Shown here: piece after piece, positions 19,389-29,600 of the stretch
Numbering within the stretch: the stretch's first letter is position 1
How the letters are laid out: each line of letters begins with the position of its first letter
Source: a virus
DNA length: 64,000 nt
Virus record (IMG/VR): IMGVR_UViG_3300005613_000048
Span: 6,858-70,857 of that record
Reading direction: 5' to 3' (one strand)
Notes under the pieces: model-generated
What the model saw: the letters and a program-made list of their open reading frames with translations, nothing else
Databases searched by the model: none
Told to the model about the DNA's origin: nothing
Translations under genes and position numbers: made by a program

Positions 19389-20801
19389 GTGGCAGCGAGC
19401 GTACTTGTTAGCGGAGTTCAGGCATTTGCTGTCGACGGCTTTCTCCCTTCAGGATCAGAGCCTGGTCGTTTCGTAGTGGATGCTGAGCCAACCTCAAACT
19501 TCCCGCAGTTCACCACGATAACCTTCAGTGAGGTTGGGACAACCCTTTCGTTTCCAAACTGCCGTCTTGTTGGCACACCGAAGGTGACTCGACGGGGTGC
19601 GCGTGCCGTCTACGAAGACGAGCGATGGAAACTGAGGCAAGCGACAATGACGGCCTCATTCAACGTTCGCGGTGCCAATGGCGCGATTCACGCAGCCACC
19701 GAAAAGACAGTCACCGAACTGTGGGCGGAAATTGCAGCAGCGTCTGGCCTGACCATCAGCGTTGAGACTTCACCAACTACAAAGCCGGCAAGTTCTTGGG
19801 CTGGATTGTCAGCGGATCATGCAGCCAAACAGTTGCTTGAGCGAACGGTGTCAACGCTGTTTTATGATGCAGCCAATGGAACATGGAAGGTTTTTCGCCG
19901 TGGCGTCGGTAGCCTTCCGGATCTCTCTCCGAGGGTCTTTCGCGAAGTCACCGCGACCAAGCCAGCTACGCTCAATGTGTATTCTTCGCCCAACCTTTAT
20001 GTTGCCAAGGTGAGTTGCACAGCAAAGCTCATGGATAATGCTGGTTCGCTGGTAGACTTTGACGCAGGCACGGCAGAGGCAGTAGATATTTGGGGCGGAT
20101 TCAGCGGCGCATCTGCCACGCATCGAGAGCATTACATCGCCTCGGCAATGAGAGTCTGGGAGCCTGTTTCGACAGCCTACCCTGAAGCGATTAACGCGAG
20201 CGACATGCTGTTTGCCAACCATCGACTGCTTTCGCTCTGTCCAAGCAGTGGCGAGATGATCGCGGTCAGTCCGCAGGCGATAGCACCATCAATGCGATAC
20301 GGTGCTTCAGCCTTTCGCACAAGCGTGACAGATGGTTCGTCAGACATTGGCTCCCGCGTCATCGACGGCAAGTACATCCTGTGCGATAGCCCGGTATTAG
20401 TGCCAAACGCTGATGGCGATATTAGAACTACACTCGACTTTGCCATTGCCTACGCATGGAAGGAAACAGGCAAGCTCAAGCGGCAATTGGAGACCCGTGC
20501 GATAGCAGGCGGATCGGGTGAAGTCGACATCTACGCAGACTGGGTCACTTTCTCATACAGCGATCTGTCGACCATGCCGCTAACGCAGACAGATCCAGAG
20601 GCCGAGCTTGATTCGTTAGCTGATTCGTTCTCCACTGCCTACTCTCAAGATGCGTACTGCGTCCGCTTACCTTCGATTGTGAACTACTCTCCAAGTGGTC
20701 AGACTGGGGCAGTTCGGCTGATGTGCAGCATGTATCCTGCGAGGCGAGCTGAGACGAACATCGCACTCAACTATCAGCCGAAGTCGGGAGTGAATCTATG
20801 A
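19389..20801 (+). CDS. Baseplate hub-like tail protein
   Basis: 470 aa; position and pattern (EDERWKL; LWAEIA..SG) resemble hub proteins. Confidence 0.45.
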   Translation: MAASVLVSGVQAFAVDGFLPSGSEPGRFVVDAEPTSNFPQFTTITFSEVGTTLSFPNCRLVGTPKVTRRGARAVYEDERWKLRQATMTASFNVRGANGAIHAATEKTVTELWAEIAAASGLTISVETSPTTKPASSWAGLSADHAAKQLLERTVSTLFYDAANGTWKVFRRGVGSLPDLSPRVFREVTATKPATLNVYSSPNLYVAKVSCTAKLMDNAGSLVDFDAGTAEAVDIWGGFSGASATHREHYIASAMRVWEPVSTAYPEAINASDMLFANHRLLSLCPSSGEMIAVSPQAIAPSMRYGASAFRTSVTDGSSDIGSRVIDGKYILCDSPVLVPNADGDIRTTLDFAIAYAWKETGKLKRQLETRAIAGGSGEVDIYADWVTFSYSDLSTMPLTQTDPEAELDSLADSFSTAYSQDAYCVRLPSIVNYSPSGQTGAVRLMCSMYPARRAETNIALNYQPKSGVNL

Positions 20802-21430
20802 GCCTCTCCCACGCGATACCAGGAGACCAGGCGTGCGTTCCGATTCCGGTGCTGCTGCACAACTCAAGCGGAGTGTCTTTGCCGCCATTCAGCCCGTGTG
20901 AAGTGGTTGGAGCCTATGCAATGCCAGCGTCAGGCGATCGACGCTGGACCGATCAAATTGCGCTGACTGTGTCAACATTTAGCGATAGCTGTCATGTTCG
21001 ATCAATAGCGGCCAGCTCCAGCTTTAGGATTTTGCCAGGAAAGATTGGCCCAGGATACATCGGGTCTGTCCTCCCTTTGAATGTTGCTGGGACCGTAGGT
21101 CATTCATTCAAGCAGACAAAAAACGCGTTTGGCATTACTGCTGGGTTTGGACCAATCATAAAGATCGACGGCCTGAGTCCTTCTTTGTTTCGAGTCAACA
21201 CAGAGCCTGACTACCTTTTCATTTTTACCTTAACGAGTGAGTGGGGATTACAGGATGGCGGTCTCGTTGCTGACGCCTCAATTCGATCTGTTACCAGCGC
21301 AACTGCCCTGGTTGTAAGCGACAAGGTGTACGATCCGCTGAGCGTCTTTGAAGAGTTGACTATCGGAGACAAAGGCTACTGCTTGTTGCAAAAGGGTAAG
21401 TTCTATGCAATCCAAGCGCCGTGCCCGTGA
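20798..21430 (+). CDS. Tail-associated protein
   Basis: Coupled ORF ending IQAPCP. Confidence 0.55.
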   Translation: MSLSHAIPGDQACVPIPVLLHNSSGVSLPPFSPCEVVGAYAMPASGDRRWTDQIALTVSTFSDSCHVRSIAASSSFRILPGKIGPGYIGSVLPLNVAGTVGHSFKQTKNAFGITAGFGPIIKIDGLSPSLFRVNTEPDYLFIFTLTSEWGLQDGGLVADASIRSVTSATALVVSDKVYDPLSVFEELTIGDKGYCLLQKGKFYAIQAPCP

Positions 21431-21438
21431 GGTGATTT

Positions 21439-21987
21439 ATGGGATGGTATGGACCTGCCGGCGATTGCGGCTGCTGCAAAAGTGAATCATCATCCGTGGC
21501 ATCAAGCGAATCGTCTAGCGCCTCTTCAAGCAGCTCCGCCAGTAGCTCTTCGTCTAGTCAGTCATCATCAGTTTCATCAAGCGCAGTGAAGTCGCAACCT
21601 TCGTCCGTCAGCTCGTCGCTGCCGGCGTCAAGATCGTCGGTTTCAGGGTCAGATACAAACTCAGTATCTTCTTTGAGCAGTTACCAACGATCGTCATTCG
21701 CTCCGTCTTCTTCGCTGACTGTGTCAAGTTCTGCCAGCGATTCAGGATCTTCTAGCTTGCCAGCAAGTTCTAGCATTGCATCCAGCCGGTCGGCTTCTGC
21801 CGCGAGTGGGTCGGAAAGCAGCGCTTTATTGCCGCCACAGCCTGACGATTGTTGTGGCACAGTGCAGCCATCTGTGCCCGGTTCATTCATTGGAGAAATC
21901 ACGTTGACATTCTGTACGACAGGTCAAGGGTTTGAGTTAATATGCACTTGGGAATGGGACGGGAGTAAATGGGATTATCTTGGATAG
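21439..21987 (+). CDS. Ser-rich low-complexity protein with Cys-rich ends
   Basis: CGCC N-terminus, about 115-aa Ser-rich tract, C-terminal CTWEWDG; GAGGTG RBS. Confidence 0.65.
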   Translation: MGWYGPAGDCGCCKSESSSVASSESSSASSSSSASSSSSSQSSSVSSSAVKSQPSSVSSSLPASRSSVSGSDTNSVSSLSSYQRSSFAPSSSLTVSSSASDSGSSSLPASSSIASSRSASAASGSESSALLPPQPDDCCGTVQPSVPGSFIGEITLTFCTTGQGFELICTWEWDGSKWDYLG

Positions 21988-23243
21988 ACTGCGAAAATCG
22001 CATTGGAGAATGCTGTGGCGTGGCGTCTAAGCATGCTGGCAAAGCCGTGCCTGCTCAACAAGACGCATGTAATACATGTGTCAGTTGCGAGAAACCAAAT
22101 CAGCTTAATAAAGTCACGGCATCATTGGCAATGCAGGCGATTGGATTTCCGATACCAGATGACAAGCGGTATCTTTTTGGTGAAGTAGTAGAAAAGCAAG
22201 AAGGGCCAGGGACCGAACTAAAAAAACTGCTTTCTTGGTTCTGGTGGCCAAAGAAAAAGTGCGAAAGATGCGCCAATCGCGTTCTTAAAATGAACAAATG
22301 GGGTGCCGAGAAATGTCGCAAAAGACGCAGTCTTATCATTATGTGGCTACATCAGTCTGCGGAAAAGCATGGCATTCCATTCAGCCATTTTGCCGCCGGC
22401 GTCATGGTCGACATGGCAATCGCCAGCGCTGAGCGCAAAGCTATTCAAAAGCCTGGATCAGTTGTCGTTAAGAGCAAGGAAAAGTACACGGCTGTGTGGG
22501 TTTATTGGAAGGGTGGCGCGTATGCCGATGAGCTGGAGTATTCGATACGCTCAGCTATAAATAACCTGTCTGACTTGCGAAATGTTGTGGTTTGCGGAGA
22601 CCATCCAGGGGATTGGTACGATGGAGACTTTATACATTCAAAAAGGTTCAACAAGCAAGATGGACGCGACAAATTCGGAAGCGGTAGATTTTGCAAGTGG
22701 ATAGATAGCGCAGTAAAACTTCAGCGAATTATTGAAAGTGAACTCGTGTCAGAGTCATTTCTCTGGATGTACGACGATACATTCATACTTCAGCCATGGA
22801 GCATAGAGCAGATGGCGATTCTCCGTGCTGGAGGAAACTTGTGGAACTACGAAACCATTAACAAACCTGTGCGGAAAACCTGGCGAGAAGTAATGCGGAG
22901 AACTGCTAAGTCACTCGTGGAAAGGGGGCTGCAACAACGCAATTATTCAACTCATTACCCAGTCGTTTACCAAAAGCGTTTACTACAGCAAACGATTGAC
23001 GATTTCGACTTACTAAACAAAGCTAGGCTAGTGGAGAGTCTGTACCTGAATCACCACTTCAAAGACCCAGCTTCGGTTGACGATGTTTTTCAGTATTCGC
23101 AGCGACCGCAAGCAGGGTGGGCACCGAAGGCAGGCATTCCAGTAGTAAACGTAGGCGGCTTTAACGCTGCGGTTCAGGCCTTCATTAAGCCGATGTTCGC
23201 TAAGAGCGTTGCAATCCCAAAAAAGGTTCAAAACAATGATTGA
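21969..23243 (+). CDS. Cys-rich N-terminal domain fused to a Stealth-like (hexose-phosphoryl transferase) domain
   Basis: DELEYSIRS..N...V...GD.P.W, SESFLWMYDDTF and HYP motifs resembling Stealth CR2/CR3. Confidence 0.65.
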   Translation: MGLSWIDCENRIGECCGVASKHAGKAVPAQQDACNTCVSCEKPNQLNKVTASLAMQAIGFPIPDDKRYLFGEVVEKQEGPGTELKKLLSWFWWPKKKCERCANRVLKMNKWGAEKCRKRRSLIIMWLHQSAEKHGIPFSHFAAGVMVDMAIASAERKAIQKPGSVVVKSKEKYTAVWVYWKGGAYADELEYSIRSAINNLSDLRNVVVCGDHPGDWYDGDFIHSKRFNKQDGRDKFGSGRFCKWIDSAVKLQRIIESELVSESFLWMYDDTFILQPWSIEQMAILRAGGNLWNYETINKPVRKTWREVMRRTAKSLVERGLQQRNYSTHYPVVYQKRLLQQTIDDFDLLNKARLVESLYLNHHFKDPASVDDVFQYSQRPQAGWAPKAGIPVVNVGGFNAAVQAFIKPMFAKSVAIPKKVQNND

Positions 23244-24741
23244 TCAACTGACTTTAGTCACGCCATTAAAAGCGGTGTGCAGATATCGACTTAGGAACTG
23301 GAGCGTTCTGCAACAGCATTTTCGGAATATTGGCGTCGACTGGATTGTTGCGGAAAATTCATCGCTAGCAGCCAACGTGCCGGGCGTGAGGCGGATTGCC
23401 ATAGAACCCTTTTCGATCGCAGCAGCCAGGAATGCTGGAATGAAGGAGGTGAACACTGACCATGTGTGCTTTATTGACGCCGACTTGCTAATCAGGAAGT
23501 CGGATTTTTACGCGGCTTACAAAGCTTTCCTGGAAGGTGACTACGACATTTACTCACCTTACGACACAGTAGTTCGCTGCGGCAGACAGAACTCGTCGAT
23601 AGCATCTGAGAGAGGCGACTACATTCGCTGGTCCTACTTAAAGCAAAAGCGAGGGAATTATCGCCAGGCAGCAAACTTCTGCGGCGGCTCTGTCTTTATG
23701 AAGACAGAGGTTGCGAGAGAATTGGGTGGGTATGACGAAAGATTCGTTGAGTGGGGATTTGAAGACGTTGCACTTGACAAGCTCGCAAAGAAGTCGCGCA
23801 AAAGAATGGGTATGCACCGCGCAGATAGCTTTCATTTGTGGCATCCAAGAGTTAGCGGACTAGCATCTTCTAAGAGGTTCTTTGAAACAGAGTATCGACT
23901 ACCGATTGCAAGTGTCGTGGAAAGGAAGTCTTTAGTTAGCATAAACCGATTTGAGTATCACGTAACAGACACTTGCAATCTTCACTGCGTACAGTGCAGC
24001 CACTACAGCAACTTTACCACGAAAGGAATGCGAACCGTTGACCAGGTCAGAGAGGAACTGGAGCCATGGTCTACGAGGATACTTCCAGGCATGGTGTGCT
24101 TGCTCGGCGGAGAACCTACTGTCAACAAGGACCTGGTCCCGATTATGTACCTTGTTTCAGAGTTGTTCCCGAGGTCCGAAATCATGCTAGTTACGAACGG
24201 CTTCTTTCTTCAAAAACATCCAGACCTTGCGAGTGCGGTTGCCGAACTTGATGTAAACCTTCAGGTTTCCAAGCATCACGAGTCTGTTGAGTACAATCAA
24301 AAGTTTTCAGAAATCCTCAGCGTACTTGAGCAGTGGAAGCAAGACGTTGAAGGATTTAATTTTCATGTGCGGCGGTCGCTCAAGAAGTGGATGCAGCAAT
24401 ACGATGTCAGGGATGACGGGAAAGCATATCCAATACGCAGCAGGCCTACCTACGCGTGGAGCGCATGCGTGCAGAAATACTGCCACCAGATCTACCGTGG
24501 TAAGTTATGGAAATGCCCTGCGATAGCGTACTTTAAGAACTTAGAGGAGAAACTTGGTCTGCAAGAGGTTGCCGACTGGGATCGCTTCAGGGCATACCAG
24601 CCACTGTCTCCAGACTGTTCCACTTTTGAACTGCAAAACTTTGTGTACGAAAAAGCAATTAGCGCGTGCGGATTGTGTCCTCAAAACCCGAAGAAGATTC
24701 CAATTCCGAACCCAATGCACTTGCCTGTCATAGAGAGTTAG
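23236..24741 (+). CDS. Glycosyltransferase (GT2/GT7-like) fused to a radical SAM domain
   Basis: AARNAG..FIDAD and GGYDERFVEWGFED; CNLHCVQC (CX3CX2C), GGEPT, VTNG. Confidence 0.8.
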   Translation: MIDQLTLVTPLKAVCRYRLRNWSVLQQHFRNIGVDWIVAENSSLAANVPGVRRIAIEPFSIAAARNAGMKEVNTDHVCFIDADLLIRKSDFYAAYKAFLEGDYDIYSPYDTVVRCGRQNSSIASERGDYIRWSYLKQKRGNYRQAANFCGGSVFMKTEVARELGGYDERFVEWGFEDVALDKLAKKSRKRMGMHRADSFHLWHPRVSGLASSKRFFETEYRLPIASVVERKSLVSINRFEYHVTDTCNLHCVQCSHYSNFTTKGMRTVDQVREELEPWSTRILPGMVCLLGGEPTVNKDLVPIMYLVSELFPRSEIMLVTNGFFLQKHPDLASAVAELDVNLQVSKHHESVEYNQKFSEILSVLEQWKQDVEGFNFHVRRSLKKWMQQYDVRDDGKAYPIRSRPTYAWSACVQKYCHQIYRGKLWKCPAIAYFKNLEEKLGLQEVADWDRFRAYQPLSPDCSTFELQNFVYEKAISACGLCPQNPKKIPIPNPMHLPVIES

Positions 24742-24742
24742 C

Positions 24743-24771
24743 TTGACAACACTGGCCGTGGAGCCAAGAAT
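24743..24771 (+). promoter_or_regulatory. Sigma70-like promoter
   Basis: TTGACA-17 nt-AAGAAT upstream of 24810. Confidence 0.5.
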
Positions 24772-24809
24772 CGTTTCCGGTGAAGGCCCGGCTCTTTTTG
24801 GAGTCGGCA

Positions 24810-26666
24810 ATGACCAGAGTTCAAACAGATTACACGGCCAACGCTCGCCGGCTTGCAGCTCAAGCAAAGACGCCACAGGAACAGCAGCAGGGCGCTAGCC
24901 TTCTTAGTCTTGCGGAAAAGACCCAGGCGATGGTCGAGTCTCGCCGCAGGGCATCCTACAACAACGCAGTCAATCCAGGCGTTGTTCGCACGCCGAGGAA
25001 TCCAACCGGCGACCCTTACAATGCCGGCAACTGGGCGATTGTTGACGGCATGAGCAGGGATGTTGATCGCATGAAGCGATTCTCAACAACCCAGGGGGAC
25101 AACCCTGAAGCGGCGGCAATGAATCAGAAAGCGCTGGCACAGCGTCAGGCCATGAGTCAGTACGGCTACAACCCCGTGGCTGGAGTCGGCGGATCTGGGG
25201 TCATGCGGCGAGGCGTCTTCACTCCCATGCCAGCTATGTCGCTTGGGGGTGAAACGCTTGGTGACCGACTCGCTGCCCAGGCACAGGCACAGCGAGCCGC
25301 TAGCCAGGCAGGCCAGGTAGATCGCAACGCTCGATACGATGAATGGGCCGCTGCTCAGAACACTCCCGAGGCTGTTGCTGAGAGACTTGCTGGCATGAGA
25401 CAGCGATACGGCGACGGTCAGCCAGTTGGCCGCGAAGGCGCGATTATGGCTCGCACCGATCTGGACGACGACCAAAAGCTGGAGTTCCTAATACGAGCCA
25501 GGGCCAATCAAGTGCAGCCCACGAGAGACGAACGCATGGCACGCAAAGCCAATCGTGAGGCACGCTACGGCTCGATGCGTCAGGAACAAATGGCCGCACG
25601 CATGGCTCCAATGCAACAGGCGATGATGATGCAGATGATGAATCAGAACCCTGAGCTGGCTCTGCGATTGCTAGATTTGCAGCAACGGGGCCAGGCGACT
25701 GCAGCGCAGATGGGACTGGCTCAGCAAAGACTCGGGCTCGATCGCGAGCTTGGGCTTGGTGAGCTGGGAATGGGGCAAGCCAGACTGGGACTCGACGAGC
25801 GAAGGCTTGACTCTGACACGCGATACAGGGACGAATCTATTGGCATTGATCGTGAGCGATTAGGCCTCGAAGGTCGCCGCTTGGACTCCGAAGACGAGCG
25901 ATTCGAGCGACAGCTTGATCTTGATGAACGCCTTGGTGACGCTGGCATCACAGCGAGAGATGAGGCGAACGCTATTGCACGACTGGAAGCCGAAGGTCGA
26001 ATCTCGACAGCAGAAGAATCTAACAGGCTCAAGGAGGAGGAGCTTGACGTTCTTCGAGACCGTGGGTTCTCTGAGTCAGAGATGGCCATGGTCAGCGAAT
26101 TGGCTGGTGCAATGCAAGAAGAGGGCATGTCATCGCCAGAAGCATTCAACGAAGCATGGAGGCGTGTCGCTGCGATGCGTAGCGGAGAGGCTCCTGCAGC
26201 GCCAAGCTCTGGGCGTCCGGCGGCTGCTAGTCCTGCGGACGATCCTATTGAAGCACTGAAGCGATTGGAGGCCACGGCGTCTAGGCCTACAAGCGAACTG
26301 AGCAGGACATTTAAGGTTCTGGGAATTGCAGACGATCCTACAGCCCTCGACATTTCCGAGCGATTATTAAGCCGATCGCGGAAGAGTGGGGATCCCGTTA
26401 CAGAAGATTCACTAGACGCGATTAGACAGTACATGCTCGATAAGCGTTCTGTCGACCCTGAGTTCATGGATCTTGGAAGCCCACTATTCGCTCCATCCAT
26501 AGCTAGCCGCCACGAAAGCTATGCAATGGCTGAGATGCTCGCCGACCCTTCAGTTCCGCTTGCAGAAGTTTTGGATATGGACAAAGTTCGCGAGCGAGCG
26601 AAGCGAAGGGCAGAAGCAGCTAGTAAGTCCATCAAGCGACCTGGATGGCGAGACGTAGTTCGATAA
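24810..26666 (+). CDS. Probable internal virion/DNA ejection protein
   Basis: Q/A/R/M-rich helical protein with RLGLD/RRLDS heptad repeats; precedes the 2033-aa protein. Confidence 0.55.
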   Translation: MTRVQTDYTANARRLAAQAKTPQEQQQGASLLSLAEKTQAMVESRRRASYNNAVNPGVVRTPRNPTGDPYNAGNWAIVDGMSRDVDRMKRFSTTQGDNPEAAAMNQKALAQRQAMSQYGYNPVAGVGGSGVMRRGVFTPMPAMSLGGETLGDRLAAQAQAQRAASQAGQVDRNARYDEWAAAQNTPEAVAERLAGMRQRYGDGQPVGREGAIMARTDLDDDQKLEFLIRARANQVQPTRDERMARKANREARYGSMRQEQMAARMAPMQQAMMMQMMNQNPELALRLLDLQQRGQATAAQMGLAQQRLGLDRELGLGELGMGQARLGLDERRLDSDTRYRDESIGIDRERLGLEGRRLDSEDERFERQLDLDERLGDAGITARDEANAIARLEAEGRISTAEESNRLKEEELDVLRDRGFSESEMAMVSELAGAMQEEGMSSPEAFNEAWRRVAAMRSGEAPAAPSSGRPAAASPADDPIEALKRLEATASRPTSELSRTFKVLGIADDPTALDISERLLSRSRKSGDPVTEDSLDAIRQYMLDKRSVDPEFMDLGSPLFAPSIASRHESYAMAEMLADPSVPLAEVLDMDKVRERAKRRAEAASKSIKRPGWRDVVR

Positions 26667-26679
26667 TTAGGAGTTAGAC

Positions 26680-29600
26680 ATGGCCTTAGGTGATCTTGCA
26701 CGCCGCGCTAAGATGCGGCGTTACGGTGGTGCTGGCGACATTGAGATGACTCCCGAGCTGGAGGCGAGTCTCCTTGGTCGCATCGGAGACCGCGCAATCG
26801 GCGGCATTGCTGCTGCCGGCAACATCCTGGACTTGCCAGGATCGACGATTCGGGATGTACTCACTTGGATCCCAGGCGGAATTGAGGGCCGTAATCCGGT
26901 CGATCAATGGTTGCCGTGGAACTGGACATCACCGCAAAACAGGACGACTGGCCGAGAACTGCTGCGCAGTTCTGGGATGCTGCCGAAACGCAACCAAGGT
27001 TTCGGTGGCATGGTCGCAGGAATCGCAGCCGAAATCGCTCTTGATCCTCTCACGTACATGACGCTCGGCGGCGCTTCCCTTACTAAGGCTGGCACTGTAA
27101 TGCGCAACGCCGGCCTGATGGACGACGTTACTCGCGTGGCTGCGAAGAAGGCCAATGTCGCAAACGGTCTTATTGGCAAAAGACAAGCCAGGGTCTCGAC
27201 CACTTTTGAGGACATGTATAAGGCTGCTGACACTAATCAGCGAGCTGCGATTGACATTGCCGCTGCTGAGATGGGAGTTAAGCCAGCGAGCCTAATGCAA
27301 GACAACCTTGCGGGCCTGGTCGGCTTTGGCCTGCCTTTCCGCGACCCTTCGGTTGTTCTCGGCAGAGGCGCTGACCGCACGGCGAAACGCATCGACGACA
27401 CGCTATCTGCGATCCAGTACGCGAAGGTTCCAGGCACGAACTTTTCTCCCGTTAACGACATGATCGTTCGTCCTTTTAACGCCATGGTTGGCGAAGCACG
27501 GACCAAGATTGGACAGGCAGCTAACAGAACATTGTTTGAGAATCGCGGATCTAAGCAATGGGAAGCCAGGCATCGCGTTGCTCAGTTCATGACCAAGCTG
27601 GAAGATCTGAATCTAACAGAGGAGCAGTACGGTGATGTTCTGCGACAGGCGTTTGAGATTCCAGGTGCCACAAAAAACCTTCCGCCTGAGTTGCAGTCAA
27701 TGGTCAAGGAGATGCGAAAAGACCTCCGTCGCATGCCTGACGAAGCTGCTGAATACGGCATTCAGCTCAAGAACTATATCGACCCGCAAGCCAAATACTT
27801 TCCAAGGTATCTGACGCAGTCACTTCACGGAAAGAATAGCGGCGGCGTACCTCGCGTCATGAGTACCCTCGACCCGAGCCAGTCCGAGCGACTTGAGTTC
27901 CTGCATGGCATTAAGGGCGGAACTGTCACAAGCAAGAACGTGTTTATGGATAAAGACCTGAACGATCTTGTTGACGCCGGCATGGACACAGGGTCGATTG
28001 CCACCCACATGAAGAAACTGTACGGCAACAATGCCTCAGAGTTGTACGTCTCTCCTGACATCATCCCTGAAATCAAAAAACTGGTTCGCGCCACCGTTCC
28101 GGATCTAAAGCTGCGCAAGCTACTTATCGACTCCATGCAAGATAAGACGGCTGACCAGATTTACCGCATGGCGAGAAACAACTTGCCTGCTGCTGGTGCG
28201 CAACTTGACCGCCTTGGGAATAAGTTCATCAAGAACCGATTCAACGAAATGGCGAAATGGTTCAAGGGGCTGTCGAAGGAGACTCGCGACACTGCTGTTT
28301 TTGGAAACCATCCGCTTGCCGATTTGCAGGCTCGACTATTGAGCTACAACGACAGCATTGAAGCCGCTAAGGTTTTCACTGATACGCTCGCAGCTCGTGG
28401 CGTGACTGTTGCGATCGACGACAAAGGAGTAGGGCCGACAATCCGCGAGATGTTGACCACGGCAAAATTGCAGTCTGGCACCATTCGCCGTGGCGCTCTC
28501 AAGCAGATCGCTAGAAAGATGGGGCACGATGTAGACAACATGGCCCCAGACAAGCTGCAAGATGTTATGAATGAGATTGGTCGACTGCGAGTTCGGCAAG
28601 ATATTGCTGACGACATGGTGCGCATGCAAAAGGGCTTCTCGGAGCCGGACAGCGTATCACCGCTGATCGAAGTGGTTCAGAACATCACCAACTTCTACAA
28701 GTCGAACTTGACCAGTCCGTTCCCAGCGTTTCACGTTCGCAACTTATTTTCCGGCCAGTTTCAAAACTGGGTTCGCGGGATGTGGGATCCGCAAAGCGCG
28801 TATGACTCGCACACGTTCCTTCGCGGTGGTGTGATTAGCGGTGCCAAGGACATTCCCATTCTGCAGCGCATCTGGAGGCAGCGGCAGGCACAGTACGGAG
28901 CTGGCCCTGGAGCGGCTGGTGCAGGAGGCGCAGGCGGTGCTGCTGGTGGCGGAGGTGGAGCTGCTGGACCAGGCGCTGGCCCGAGCGGTGGAGGCGGTGG
29001 TGTGTCGCCTTCTGTTCTCCCGACGTCCACACCGAGCGGAATGCAGTCGCCAAACCCTTCTGGGTTTTTCTTGCGATCACAGCGAGTGCTGAACTCTGTC
29101 AACCAAAATGTTGCAACCGCTGACCAATGGCGAGCGATGCTTCGCAAGGGCGGCGTTAAAGCTGAGGAGTTCGACGACCTTGAAATCGAACAGTTCTTAC
29201 AGGCCAATCCAAAGGCGACCAAGCAGCAACTCCAAGAGCATATCGAGGCAAACACCCCGCAGATTGAAATCATCCCCGGCAAAGGAGAGTACGCAAAGTA
29301 TCAGATCCCAGGCGGCGATCCAGGCACATATAGAGAAATCCTGATACGCAAGCCTCTCGCTGGAGACGGCAAATCCTTACAAGATGAACTTAACGCACTT
29401 GAGAAGATTGAGAGGGATTTTACTCCAGCAGAATACGAACGCTACAGAGAACTGACCGTAGGCAGGCAGAACGACTCATTCTACGGCCCTCACTTCGACG
29501 AATCTAACGTGCTGGCTCACCTGCGAGTTGACGACGTAACTCTTCCCAATGGTCGCAAGTCCCTTCGTGTTCAAGAAGTGCAGAGTGATTGGCACCAGAA

